Assembly (NCBI GenBank): GCA_963845535.1
Contig: CAWJSK010000021.1
Location: 32,001-96,000 of the forward strand
DNA from: an uncultured Spirochaetota bacterium
GTDB taxonomy: Bacteria; Spirochaetota; Spirochaetia; SZUA-6; Fen-1364
Direction of reading: 5' to 3'
Length of the DNA: 64,000 nt
Shown: piece by piece, positions 40,579 to 51,264 of the stretch
Position numbering within the stretch: position 1 is the stretch's first letter
Layout: each line of letters begins with the position of its first letter
Notes under the pieces: generated by a model
Databases searched by the model: none
Told to the model about the DNA's origin: nothing
Seen by the model: only the letters and a program-made list of their open reading frames with translations
Made by a program: the position numbers and the translations under genes

Positions 40579-40613
40579 CCGCGTCGATAGTGGACACCGC
40601 GTCGATAGTGGAC
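40579..40613 (+). repeat. Perfect 17-bp direct repeat (18-bp period)
   Basis: CCGCGTCGATAGTGGAC at 40579-40595 and 40597-40613. Confidence 0.85.
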
Positions 40614-40660
40614 TTGCGCTTGCGCGCGCCTGCGGCTATAATTGATTGAACGTTCAGTCA
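40614..40660 (+). promoter_or_regulatory. Sigma70 promoter with TetR operator
   Basis: TTGCGC-17 bp-TATAAT (40637-40642), followed by the near-palindrome TGATTGAACGTTCAGTCA. Confidence 0.75.
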
Positions 40661-40676
40661 TTTTAGAGGGAAGGGC

Positions 40677-41252
40677 ATGGCGCGGCCGCGGGACAGGGAC
40701 AAACCGGCGCAGATCATCGACGCCGCTTTTTCGGTTTTCGGGGAGATCGGGTATGAGGCAACGCGCATCACGCACATTGCCCAGCGCGCGGGAATCTCCT
40801 CCGGCACCATCTACACGTACTTCAAGGACAAGAAGGACCTCTTCCGGGCAACCGTCCAGGACAGGTGGGACCGCTTCCTGGCCCAGATCAGGGCGCTTGC
40901 GGATTCCGAGGAGTCGACCCGCGCGCGCCTTCAGAGCCTGATCGAGATCGGGTTCACGAGCCTCAAGGACGCCCGTCCCCTCTTGCGGGGGATGCTCTTC
41001 GAGTCGAGCCAGATGAACCTCCTCCAGGGGAACCTGGAAGAGCTCTACGCTCTCATCGAGCGGATCCTGACCCAGGGTGAGGACCCCGCGGGGCGGCCCG
41101 CGGTGGATCCGCGGCAGCGGCGCGCCCTGATACGGATCACCGTGGTCGGGGTCATTTTCTCCGTGGCGCTCGCCGTGCCGTCGCGCGTCGACCGTGAGAT
41201 CCACGCGCTGCAGCGCGCAATTGCGCTCCGCCTTCAGGAAGCAGGGCCATGA
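40677..41252 (+). CDS. TetR-family regulator
   Basis: IIDAAFSVF...IAQRAGISSGTIYTYFKDK. Confidence 0.94.
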   Translation: MARPRDRDKPAQIIDAAFSVFGEIGYEATRITHIAQRAGISSGTIYTYFKDKKDLFRATVQDRWDRFLAQIRALADSEESTRARLQSLIEIGFTSLKDARPLLRGMLFESSQMNLLQGNLEELYALIERILTQGEDPAGRPAVDPRQRRALIRITVVGVIFSVALAVPSRVDREIHALQRAIALRLQEAGP

Positions 41253-42664
41253 CCCGCATCAGCCACCGGATCTTCGGCGCTTTTCTCTTCCTGTCCGCGG
41301 CGGCTGCCGCTGGCGCGCAGTCTTCCCCCCTGACTCTGGACCAGGCGCTGGCCCTTGCCCGCAAGAGCTCAGAAGCGGTCCGTCTCTCCGAGCTGGCCCT
41401 GGAGAAGTCCCAGGCTGGGCTGGGAGAAGCGAAAGGCAAGGCTCTCCCGCACGTGGACCTGCAGGCCTCTGGATCCTATCTCGTCAATCCACCGCCTGGA
41501 TATACCGTTGACGCAGGGGCCCTTGGCACGCTGACAATTCCAGCCAACGCGCTTTCCGCGGGCAGCCCTGCCATTCCCCTTGGCGCCATTCCGCCGAGCC
41601 CCTTCAACGTCGGCGCTTCGTTGCACAACTACTTCACGCTCACCGCCACGCTCAACCAACCCCTCTTCACGTGGGGCAAGATCAAGAACGCAATCGACCT
41701 CGCGTCTCTCCAGGCGGAGGCCGCGGGAACTGACATGAGCGCTCGGCAGAGGGACATCGACTGGCAGGTCCGAAAGTCATACTTCAGCGCGCTCCTGGCC
41801 TACAGGTCCCAGGATGCGCTGAAACGCATGAGGGACACGGCGGTCGTGATCGTTTCCGACAGGCAGAAGGGCTTCGACCAGGGAACGATCACCAGGGAGT
41901 CTCTCCTGGAAGTGAAAGCAACGCTTGCCTCCCTGGAGGCAAAGCTCACGGAAGCCGGGCAAAGCGAATCCACTGCTCTGGCGGACCTGGCGGTGCTGAC
42001 CGGGCAGGAGACGGAGGGCGCCAACCTGGCAACGGACTTCCACGCCGCGCTCCCCGCTCTGGATGAGCAGGCCCTCCTTGCCCCCTCCCTGCAAGGCTCA
42101 CCGGACATGAGCGAAGCACGCAGCCGCGTGGAGCAGGCGCGGCGCAAGCTCTCCATCGAGCAGGGCGGCGCCATCCTCCGCCCCGACGTGAACTTTGGCG
42201 TTTCTCTCGACATCTCGGGACAGGAAGACTTCCCTTACTCCGGCGCGTGGACGTTCAGCAACAACACGTGGAACGTCGACGTCCTGCTCACCCTCGGGGT
42301 GAAGATGAGCGCCTTTGACGGGTTGGAGTCGCTTAACCGCATCCGCCAGGCGGAGAAGGATGTTGACATGGCGGGCGTGGCGCTAAGCCAGCAAGCCAAG
42401 TCAGTGCGTGTCCAGCTTCGCCAGGCCGTGGAGGCGGCGGTCAGGGCTGATTCGGATGTCCAGGCGGCGCAGGCCCGCCTCGACTATCTCCAGGAGAAAC
42501 TGCGGAATGCCGGGGTGGCGCTGGCTAACGGGCAGGCGAGCCGTGAGGACCAGCAGAACGCAGCCATCCAGGCGGATTCCGCGGAGCTCGACCTGCTCTT
42601 TGCGCGGTACTCCCGGGAGGAAGGCCTCGCCGACGTCGAGAAGATCACCGGAGAGCGTCCATGA
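41249..42664 (+). CDS. TolC-family outer membrane efflux protein
   Basis: Signal peptide, LTLDQAL, QPLFTWGK and coiled-coil repeats. Confidence 0.88.
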   Translation: MTRISHRIFGAFLFLSAAAAAGAQSSPLTLDQALALARKSSEAVRLSELALEKSQAGLGEAKGKALPHVDLQASGSYLVNPPPGYTVDAGALGTLTIPANALSAGSPAIPLGAIPPSPFNVGASLHNYFTLTATLNQPLFTWGKIKNAIDLASLQAEAAGTDMSARQRDIDWQVRKSYFSALLAYRSQDALKRMRDTAVVIVSDRQKGFDQGTITRESLLEVKATLASLEAKLTEAGQSESTALADLAVLTGQETEGANLATDFHAALPALDEQALLAPSLQGSPDMSEARSRVEQARRKLSIEQGGAILRPDVNFGVSLDISGQEDFPYSGAWTFSNNTWNVDVLLTLGVKMSAFDGLESLNRIRQAEKDVDMAGVALSQQAKSVRVQLRQAVEAAVRADSDVQAAQARLDYLQEKLRNAGVALANGQASREDQQNAAIQADSAELDLLFARYSREEGLADVEKITGERP

Positions 42665-45600
42665 ACATCACGGAGCTTTCGGTCCGGCGTCCCACCGCCA
42701 TCCTCATGGGGATGGTCCTCGTTGTCGGACTCGGCCTCGTGGGATACCTGAACCTCGGGGCGGACCTCTTCCCCGCCGTGGACACGCCCATCATTGCAAT
42801 CCGCTCCACCTACCCCGGCGCCGGGGCGGAGCAGATCGACAAGGACATCATCAAGCCCATCGAGGACGCGGTCTCCGTGGTCAACGGGATCGACACAATG
42901 AGATCTACCTCCGGCGTCGGCTACGGCGTCACGATCATCCAGTTCACCATGTCCACGGACCTGAACGCGGCGCAGGCGGACGTTCAGAAGGCTATCAACG
43001 GGATCACGGACAAGCTGCCCCGTGACGCAACGGCGCCCGTCATCCTCACCTTCGACGTCAACGCGCAGCCCATCCTGATCCTCGCCATCACCGGGGACGT
43101 CACCCCGGAGGAGCTGTACAACCAGGCGGACACGGTGACGCGCGCAATCGAGGCGCTCCCGGGCGTCGGCAGCGTGACCATCGACGGCGGGCAGAAAAAG
43201 CAGCTCCTGGTCACGCTGGACAGGGAAAAGCTGGACTACTACTCAGTCAGCACCCAGACGCTCCTGGCAACGCTCCAGGCCGACAACATGAACGTGCCGG
43301 CTGGCGAGATCAAGCAGAGGTCCCGAGACTTGACCGTCCGCATGCTGGGCGAGTTCGGAAGCGTACAGGAGGTGAGCAACCTCAGGATCCCCACGACCAT
43401 GGGGTCAACGGTCCCGCTCTCCGAAATCGCTCAGGTGAAGCTGGATTACCCCGACCCTGTCCGCTCGGTCCGCCTGAACGGAAAGACGGCCATTGGGATC
43501 GTCGTGCGCAAGCAGAGCAACGCGAACCTCATGGACACCGTCACGGGGATCAAGCGCTCCCTGCCGTCCCTCCAGGCCTCCCTGCTTCCAGGGACCACGC
43601 TCACCGTTGCAAGCGACGCCACGCTGTTCATCTCAGCCTCCCTTGATGAGACCCGGCTGAACCTCCTGGAAAGCATCATCACGACGTCGCTTGTCCTCTT
43701 CCTCTTCCTGCGCAGGTGGAGGTCGTCTCTCATCGTCCTGATTGCCATTCCCTTCTCCCTGGTGGGCACGTTCTTCGCGATGTACCTGTTCCACTTCACG
43801 CTCAACATTGTGAGCCTCATGGCGCTGGGGTTGTGCATCGGGATCCTCGTGGATGATTCCATCGTGATACTGGAGAACGTGGACAGGCACATCCTGCTCG
43901 GTGAGGACGCCCGGACAGCAGCGGTCCGCGGGAGGATGGAGATCGGGCTCGCCGCGGTTGCGATCACGTTGTGCGACGTCGTTGTCTTTGCCCCTATCGC
44001 GTTCCTTTCGGACATCGTCGGGCAGTTCTTCCGCCAGTTCGGCGTGACGGTGGTGGCGGCAACGCTGCTTTCGCTCCTCGTGTCTTTCACGATCACTCCC
44101 ATGATGGCTTCCCGGATGCTTGGCGGCGCCAAGGGCGGGGGGAAAGGCCACCTGGGCGATGACGGCGGCCGCGGAAAGCAACGCGGCGGCGGCGTCCCCG
44201 CAGCGGCCACCTCGACGCCCGCCGGCGGCTTCTTCGAGACCTCGGTGAAGGGAGGCTACCGGAGGTTCCTCCTGTGGTGCCTTGCGAACCGTTGGAAGGT
44301 GATCGGCGCCGTGGCCGTGCTTGTGGCGGCCAGCATCGCCCTCATTCCAATGAAGGTCATCCAGACCGAGTTCCTTCCGACCTTCGACCAGAGCAGGGTG
44401 ATCGTGGACCTGGACCTCGGTCCCGGCGCCACCTTCCCGCAGGTGGATGAAAAGACCGCGGTGGTGGAGCAGCACCTGCTTTCCCTGCCCGAGGTCCAGA
44501 CCGTCTACGCGGGAGTGGGCGGAGCCTCGGCGGGCTCGCGCGCGGAGCTCGTCGTGAAGCTCAAGGACAAGTCCGCGCGGCGCAAGAGCCAGTCCACGGT
44601 GGCGCGGGAGCTGCGGGAGTGGGGCCGAGGCCTGCCCGGAGTGGACTTCTCCGTCACGGAGCCCGGCGTGCTGGACCGCACCTCGATAGAAGGCACCAAG
44701 CCGTTCATCGTCAACGTGACCGGGCCCAACCGCGACATCCTCCGTGACCTGGCGCGCAGGGTGGAGAGCGAGGTGCGGTCCGTGCGCGGCACCGCGGACG
44801 TGGACAACACCATGCGGGCCACGCAGGCGGAGGTGAACGTGATCATCGACCGGCTGGCGGCGGCTGACTACGGGCTCAGCGCCGCGGACGTTGCCGGCGT
44901 TCTGCGCACCGCGCTTGCGGGGGCGGATGCGGGAGTCTACCGCTACGGAGGGGATGAGTTCGACGTGACGGTGCGCTACCGGGAAGACCAGATCCGCACC
45001 CCCTATGACCTGGAGACGTTGTCCATCACGAACCGCCTGGGCCAGCAGATCCCCTGACGCAGGTGGCCCGCATCGTGAAAAGCGACAGCCCGCAACAAGT
45101 GCTGCGGCGCAACAGGCAGAACGTGGCCACCATCACGGCCAACATCCAGGGAAGGCCGCTGGGGGCGGTCACTGCCGACGTGAAGCAGAAACTGGCTGAC
45201 GTCACGCTGCCCCTGGGATACCAGATCATCTACGGAGGTGACTCGCAGTACATGGCCACCTCCTTCCGCTCCCTCGCGTGGGCCCTCGTGGCCTCCATCC
45301 TGCTCGTGTACATGATCCTCGTGGTGCTCTACGAATCCTTCCTGACGCCCATGATCCGCATGCTTTCCATACCCTGCGGCGTCATTGGCGCGTTTGCCGC
45401 CCTTGCCCTGACGGGCAAAGCCATCAACATCTTCGCGTTCATTGGCCTCATCATGCTGGACGGGCTCATCTCCAAGAACGGGACGCTCCTGATCGACTAC
45501 ACGAACACGCTGGTGAAGCGCGGCAAGCCCTTGCGGGAGGCGCTCCTGGAGGCGGGGGTCACGCGGCTTCGCCCCATCCTGATGACCTCGGTGACCATGA

Positions 45601-45812
45601 TCGTCGGCATGATGCCTCTTGCGCTCTCCCTCGGCGCGTCCAGTGAGATACGCTCCGGCATGGCCGTTGTCCTGATTGGCGGCCTTGTCACATCCACGGT
45701 TTTCACGCCGCTGCTCCTGCCTGTCGTCTACACGCTGATCGATGAGGCCCGCGCCGCCGTTCGGGGGAAGCGGTCGGCGCAGGCCCCTGCGACACACGGA
45801 GGTCCCCGATGA
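42661..45812 (+). CDS. RND efflux permease, with an apparent missing C in the run near 45051-45054
   Basis: SVRRP, YPGAG, GILVDDSIV.LEN, KNGTLLIDY and RLRPILMT across two frames. Confidence 0.92.
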
Positions 45813-47032
45813 GCCGAGCGCGAGCATTTTCCGCCCTCGCCGTTGCCGTCCTTTGTGCGGGGTGCGCGCCCGCCCGCCAGGCTCCTCAGGAAGCCCCGCG
45901 AACCGTTACCGTGGTTGCGGCGCGCCGCCAGGCCTTGTCCATCACCCAGGAATACGCGGCTCGGATCAAGGCGCATGAGGAGGTGGTGGTCAGCTCGAAG
46001 ATCTCGGGTCGGGTGGCAAGCACCCGCGCCGAGGTGGGCCAGCGGGTCAGAAGGGGACAGGTGCTCTTCACCCTCGAGGCAAAAGACTTCGACGCGCAGT
46101 ACCGCCAGGCAAAAGCCGTCCTGGAAAGCGCCCGCGCCAACCTTACGCGGACAAGCGACTCCTCCCTGTCCTCCCAGGTCCTGCAAGCCCAGTCCGCGGT
46201 CCGCCAGGCGCAGGTCCAGTACGACGAGGCAAAAGACATCTCGGAGCGGACGAAAAAGATGTTTGATGACGGGACCGTGGCCCGACAGCAGCTCGACTCG
46301 GCGCAGGCCAGGTTTCACAGCGCGGAGATTGCGCTGGGCACGGCCAAGGACAACCTTTCCCTCATCCAGGAGAAGGGCGGTCCGCAGTCCACGGGAGTCG
46401 CCTCGACCCAGGTGGAACAGGCCCAGGCTGCGCTGGACCTTGCGCAGTCCCAGCTGGACAACGCGGTGATCAGCTCACCCATCACGGGCGCGGTGGCGGC
46501 CCGCAACGTGGACGCCGGGGAGGTTGTTTCCAGCTCGGTGCCCGCGTTCGTGATCATCGACACGAGCACGGTAAGCGCGGAAGCGAGCGTCTCCCAGGAC
46601 ATGGTGCAGCGAATCCGTGTTGGGGAGACTGTCACCGTCACCGTGGACACCGCGGACAAGCCGGAGCGCATCCCGGGCGCGGTGGACACCATCAGCCCCG
46701 CGGCAGATCCGCGTTCACAGGGCTACCTCATCAAGGTGGCGGTCAAAAACACGAACGGGGACCTCAGGCCGGGGATGTTCGCTCGAGTGTCATTCCCCGT
46801 AGAGGACAGGGCCAGCGTCCTCGTCGTCCCCAACAACGCCATCGTCACCGAGACGGGCGTGGACTACGTGTATTCGGTGGTTGACGGCACGGTGAAGAAG
46901 GCGGCGGTAGAGACCGGGGCGGCAACTGACGCGGTGACCGAAATCACCTCCGGCCTCAGGGACGGAACGCTGGTCGTCACGGAAGGGCAGACCTTTCTCA
47001 ATGACGGCCAGAAAGTCCGGCCCGTGGAGTGA
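45809..47032 (+). CDS. RND periplasmic adaptor (membrane fusion protein)
   Basis: SKISGRV, ISSPITG and LRPGMF motifs. Confidence 0.92.
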   Translation: MSRARAFSALAVAVLCAGCAPARQAPQEAPRTVTVVAARRQALSITQEYAARIKAHEEVVVSSKISGRVASTRAEVGQRVRRGQVLFTLEAKDFDAQYRQAKAVLESARANLTRTSDSSLSSQVLQAQSAVRQAQVQYDEAKDISERTKKMFDDGTVARQQLDSAQARFHSAEIALGTAKDNLSLIQEKGGPQSTGVASTQVEQAQAALDLAQSQLDNAVISSPITGAVAARNVDAGEVVSSSVPAFVIIDTSTVSAEASVSQDMVQRIRVGETVTVTVDTADKPERIPGAVDTISPAADPRSQGYLIKVAVKNTNGDLRPGMFARVSFPVEDRASVLVVPNNAIVTETGVDYVYSVVDGTVKKAAVETGAATDAVTEITSGLRDGTLVVTEGQTFLNDGQKVRPVE

Positions 47033-47060
47033 CTCAAGCGTCTCTGATACAATCCGGGGC

Positions 47061-48350
47061 GTGAAAAGAAACGCACTCGTCGCGCAGTCCGGCGGACCGT
47101 CGCCGGTCATCAATTCATCACTCCAGGGGGTAATCGAAGCCTGCCGCGAGCACTCCGACCACATCGGCACGCTGTACGCGGCCTGGCACGGTATTGAAGG
47201 CGTGCTGCTGGAGGAGCTTTTCGACGTGGGCAGGCAGGCTTCCTCGGAGATCAAGCTGCTGGGGACAACTCCCGCGGCGGGGGTTGTGGGCACCTGTCGG
47301 TACAAGCTGACCTCGGGGCAGGCGGAGGATTTCGAGCGCATTGTCGATGTCATCCGGGCTCACGACATCGGCTATTTCTTCTATATTGGCGGAAACGATT
47401 CGATGGACACCGCAGCCAAGGTTTCGAAGCTCGCGCGGGAGCGCGGAGTGGAGCTGGTCGTTGCGGGTGTTCCCAAGACCATCGACAACGATATCGGAGA
47501 CGCCGAGTTCAAGATCATCGACCACACCCCGGGATATGGCAGCGCCGCCCGGTATTGGGCCTCCCTCATCCAGAACATGGAGGAAGAGAACCGGGGCATG
47601 TGCGTCTCTGAGCCTGTGGCGGTGCTGCAAGCCATGGGGAGGAAGTCCGGCTTCATCACGGCTGCCTCCCGGCTCGGTGACCCGGAGCGCAGGATGCCCC
47701 TTCAGCTCTACATGGCGGAAACCGGACACACCCTTGCAAGCCTCCACGAAAACGTGAACCGGCAGCTTGCAAAGACAGGCAGGTGCATCGTAGTGGTCAA
47801 TGAGGGGTTCGACGTGGGGGGAGTCGGGGAAAGGCATGACGGCTTCGGCCACGTGGAGTACGGGGCCAGCAGGACCACGGCGTCCCAGGCTGTGGTTAAC
47901 TACCTGAACGAGAAAGGGCTTGCGGTTCGCGGCCAGGCCACCGGCCAGCTTCCCGGCGTGATCCAGCGGTCCGTTTCCATCCATGCCTCCACCGTTGACA
48001 TCAAGGAAGCACGGGAAGTCGGACAGCAGGCGGTCTCCATTGCGCTTCGGGACGGCACGGGCTGGATGGCCACCATCCTGAGAAGACCCGGCAGCTCCTA
48101 TGGAGTGTACTATGACAAAATCCCGCTGGAGAAAGTCGCCAACTCCTCACGGTTCCTGCCGGCCGGTTGGATCACGAAGGACGGGATGGATGTGACGGAT
48201 GACTTCATCCGCTACGCGGCGCCGCTCATTGGAGAAGGAGACCCTGACATTCCCCGAGAGAAGGGGCTGCAGAGGTTCGCCAGGTTCGACATCAAGTTCG
48301 TCGACAAGAAGCTGCCCGCGTACGCTCCCGTACGGTTCCGCCCCGCATAG
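47061..48350 (+). CDS. pfp: Pyrophosphate-dependent phosphofructokinase
   Basis: QSGGPSPVIN, GGNDSMD and PKTIDND (Asp/Lys residues typical of PPi users), and MGR. Confidence 0.85.
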   Translation: MKRNALVAQSGGPSPVINSSLQGVIEACREHSDHIGTLYAAWHGIEGVLLEELFDVGRQASSEIKLLGTTPAAGVVGTCRYKLTSGQAEDFERIVDVIRAHDIGYFFYIGGNDSMDTAAKVSKLARERGVELVVAGVPKTIDNDIGDAEFKIIDHTPGYGSAARYWASLIQNMEEENRGMCVSEPVAVLQAMGRKSGFITAASRLGDPERRMPLQLYMAETGHTLASLHENVNRQLAKTGRCIVVVNEGFDVGGVGERHDGFGHVEYGASRTTASQAVVNYLNEKGLAVRGQATGQLPGVIQRSVSIHASTVDIKEAREVGQQAVSIALRDGTGWMATILRRPGSSYGVYYDKIPLEKVANSSRFLPAGWITKDGMDVTDDFIRYAAPLIGEGDPDIPREKGLQRFARFDIKFVDKKLPAYAPVRFRPA

Positions 48351-48409
48351 CTGGACATGGGTATACGCAATCGACTGGCTCGCATTCTCTCCCTCCGTGG
48401 CTGAACCCA

Positions 48410-48473
48410 CGCACCTATCAAAAACGCGATCTTTGCAGGTTTTTGGACACTATTGGTCTTTTTTATAGGTGCG
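48410..48473. repeat. 64-bp AT-rich element bounded by 15-bp inverted repeats
   Basis: CGCACCTATCAAAAA...TTTTTTATAGGTGCG (14/15 match), between convergent genes. Confidence 0.6.
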
Positions 48474-48530
48474 AGCCACGAGTCTGCCGGTGAAGCCCGA
48501 ACCTGTCCAGAATCGCCATACCTTCCTCCT

Positions 48531-49538
48531 TCAGATTGATTCCTCGTTCGGGAAGACCATCACTTTCATTGCGTTCTGGCTCCTGTCCTCGATCTTGTGG
48601 ATCCCGCCCTCGAAGCCCTCCAGAGGCACGCGGTGTGAGACGAGGTCATCCACGCGCACGCGCCCCGAGCCAATGAGCGCCAGCGCCTGGAGGCTGTTTC
48701 TCCGTGACGTGTAGGAGGCGAAAATCGACAACCCCTTGCGGAACACCTGGAACGGCTCAATGGTCGCCGTCTTTCCCTGTGGTGAGACGCCGAACATCAG
48801 GATCCGCCCGCCGGGGCGCGCCAGACGGATGGCCTGGGAAAGCATGGGAGGCGCGCCGGTGGCATCGATCACGACATCGAAGCGGTCCGACGGCAGAGAG
48901 GCAACGTCCGTTGTTGCTTCGGCAATCCCGTCCCGCCGCGCGGCCGCCAGGCGTTCCTCACTCAACTCGGCAACGGTGAACCGCGCGGCCCCCCAGGATC
49001 GGGCGGTCCGGATCAGAAGCATTCCAATGGGGCCGGTCCCTATCACGGCAACGTTGTCAGCCAGCCTGATGCCGACCGACTCAATTCCGTGGAGCACGCA
49101 GGAAAGCGGCTCCATGAAAGCAGCCCGGTCAAAGGGAACCTCCCCGGCGTCGAAGACAACTTTCTCAGGGGCAAGCACGTACTGGGCCATGGCCCCCGGA
49201 CGCGTCACGCCGACCGCCTGCCAGTTCTCACAAAAGTTCTGCCGGTTGTTGAGGCACGCCGCACAATTATCGCAGCTGATGTTGGGCTCCACGGCAACGC
49301 GGGCACCGGGGGCAAACCGGGTGACCTTCTCCCCGACCTCGACAACGACGCCGGAAAACTCGTGGCCGGGAGTCATGGGATACGAGCCCAGGTATTCCCC
49401 GTGGTAGATGTGGACGTCCGTCCCGCAGATGCCGCTCGCCATGACTTTCACCAGCACCTCATCCGGGCGGCTGACACGGAGCGCTTCGTGCTCATGCACC
49501 TTGACGGTGCCCGGCTTTTCGATGACCGCGGATTTCAT
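48531..49538 (-). CDS. Zn-dependent polyol/alcohol dehydrogenase
   Basis: GICGTDVH, GHEFSG, structural-Zn Cys cluster, EPLSC and GTGPIG. Confidence 0.92.
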   Translation of the reverse strand: MKSAVIEKPGTVKVHEHEALRVSRPDEVLVKVMASGICGTDVHIYHGEYLGSYPMTPGHEFSGVVVEVGEKVTRFAPGARVAVEPNISCDNCAACLNNRQNFCENWQAVGVTRPGAMAQYVLAPEKVVFDAGEVPFDRAAFMEPLSCVLHGIESVGIRLADNVAVIGTGPIGMLLIRTARSWGAARFTVAELSEERLAAARRDGIAEATTDVASLPSDRFDVVIDATGAPPMLSQAIRLARPGGRILMFGVSPQGKTATIEPFQVFRKGLSIFASYTSRRNSLQALALIGSGRVRVDDLVSHRVPLEGFEGGIHKIEDRSQNAMKVMVFPNEESI

Positions 49539-49551
49539 ATCACCTCCTGTT

Positions 49552-50379
49552 TCATCCTTTCACGGCGCCCATCGTCAGGCCTTTCACCAGGGAGCGCTGG
49601 GCCAGCCAGCCCAGGACCATGGGAGGAAGCACAACGAGCGTCGAGATTGCGCACAGCTTTGCCCAGAACAAGCCCTGCTGGGTCATGAAGCTCGCCATGT
49701 ACACCGGCACGGTTGCCGCGTGCACGTAGGTCAGATTGATGGAGAAGAAGAACTCGTTCCATACGAAGATGAACACGAGAAGCCCCGTGGAGATGATCCC
49801 CTGGCGCGCGAGGGGCAGGATGATGCTGAAGAACGAGCCGAGGCGCGAGGAACCGTCGATGTCGGAGGACTCCAGGATCTCCCGCGGCACGTCGAGAAGG
49901 AATGACCTCGTCATCCAGATCACAATGGGGATGTTGACGCCGGTGTAGATGAGGATCATGCCGCCCAGGGTGTCCAGGAGTCCGGAGAGCCGGAGCAGGA
50001 GGAAGACCGGCACGATCACCGCCACCGGCGGCAGCAGCGTTGTGGAAATGAACCAGAAGAAGAGCTTCTCCGAGTGACGCAGCCTCCCGAACACAAGGGC
50101 ATAGGTCACCGGCACCCCAAAGGCCAGGCACGCGAAAACAGAAGAGACGGAGATCACCGCGGAGTCCAGGATGTAGCGGACAATATCGTGACGAAGCACG
50201 ATGGCGTAGTTCTCCAGCGTCGGGTGCGCAATCCAGAGGGAAGGCGGCAGGACGTCCGCTTCCCCCTTGAAGCTCGTGATCAGCATGTACAGGAGGGGGA
50301 AGCACCACAGGATGGCGACGAGCCATATCAGGAAAATACCCGGGATTCGGCGCAACGCGCGTCCCTTTCGGCTTCTCAT
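49552..50379 (-). CDS. Polyol/sugar ABC permease (MtlG/SmoG-like)
   Basis: ITSFKGE, ESSDIDG, WNEFF and GLFWAKL motifs. Confidence 0.9.
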   Translation of the reverse strand: MRSRKGRALRRIPGIFLIWLVAILWCFPLLYMLITSFKGEADVLPPSLWIAHPTLENYAIVLRHDIVRYILDSAVISVSSVFACLAFGVPVTYALVFGRLRHSEKLFFWFISTTLLPPVAVIVPVFLLLRLSGLLDTLGGMILIYTGVNIPIVIWMTRSFLLDVPREILESSDIDGSSRLGSFFSIILPLARQGIISTGLLVFIFVWNEFFFSINLTYVHAATVPVYMASFMTQQGLFWAKLCAISTLVVLPPMVLGWLAQRSLVKGLTMGAVKG

Positions 50380-51260
50380 GCCGTCTCACCAATCCGCCGC
50401 CGAAACCAGCGGAACAGCGCCGTGATGGCCAACAGCGTGATGACGACCGTCACCACCGCCACGGCTGCGGCGTGGCCGACGTCCCACCCCAGGAACGCGG
50501 TCTTGTACACGTAATAGGGAAGGTTCGCGGAGGAGTACCCCGGACCCCCGCGGGTGGTCACGAAGATGATCCCGAACACCTTGAGCACGAAGATCAGGCC
50601 CAGAAGGATGGCAACCTCGATATGGTTCATGATGACGGGGATCCGGATGGAAACCAGCTCGCGCAGCCATCCGGTCCCGTCCACGCGCGCGCTGTCCATG
50701 ACTTCCGGGGGAATGTTCTGCAGCCCGGCCAGGATGATCAGCACGAAGAACGGCGTCCACTGCCAGACAATCAGGATGACAATGGTGAGGAGGGAGTGGA
50801 CCCCGAAAAAGTCGAACGGCTTCGTCCCCAGGAGCGAGGCGAAGTACCCGTTCCACCCGAAGGAGGAATTGAGGATGATGGCGCGCCAGATGATGCCTGC
50901 CACGGCATCCATCACGAAGAACGGAGAAATGATGAGCGTGCGCACGACGTTCACGCCGGGGAAGTCGCGGTTCAGCATGAGGCTGAAAAGAATCCCCAGC
51001 ACCGTGCAGATCACCAGTGAAACCACCGTGATGAGGGCGGTATTGAGCACCACCTGGTAGAAGTCCCAGGACGTGAAGATTTCACCGTAGTTGTCCAGGC
51101 CGATGAACGTGATGCCCAGGTCCGGCCGCACGATGATCCAACGCACCAGGGACATCCCGAGCGTGGCCAGGATGGGGGCCTGGGTGACCACCGCCACGAT
51201 CACGATGGCCGGCAGGGACAGGAGCGTGGACCGTCTGCGCTTTCCGGGGATGTCGTTCAC
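50376..51260 (-). CDS. Polyol/sugar ABC permease (MtlF/SmoF-like)
   Basis: WQWTPF, DSARVDG and TTRGGPG motifs. Confidence 0.9.
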   Translation of the reverse strand: MNDIPGKRRRSTLLSLPAIVIVAVVTQAPILATLGMSLVRWIIVRPDLGITFIGLDNYGEIFTSWDFYQVVLNTALITVVSLVICTVLGILFSLMLNRDFPGVNVVRTLIISPFFVMDAVAGIIWRAIILNSSFGWNGYFASLLGTKPFDFFGVHSLLTIVILIVWQWTPFFVLIILAGLQNIPPEVMDSARVDGTGWLRELVSIRIPVIMNHIEVAILLGLIFVLKVFGIIFVTTRGGPGYSSANLPYYVYKTAFLGWDVGHAAAVAVVTVVITLLAITALFRWFRRRIGETA

Positions 51261-51264
51261 GGGG

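Noticed and set aside
44120..44230. Gly-rich insertion in the RND permease
   Set aside because: A low-complexity linker in the variable cytoplasmic loop, with no sign of an intein or mobile insert.
45050..45065. TGA read-through or a natural split of the RND permease
   Set aside because: The continuation is in another frame and is restored by adding one C to a homopolymer run.
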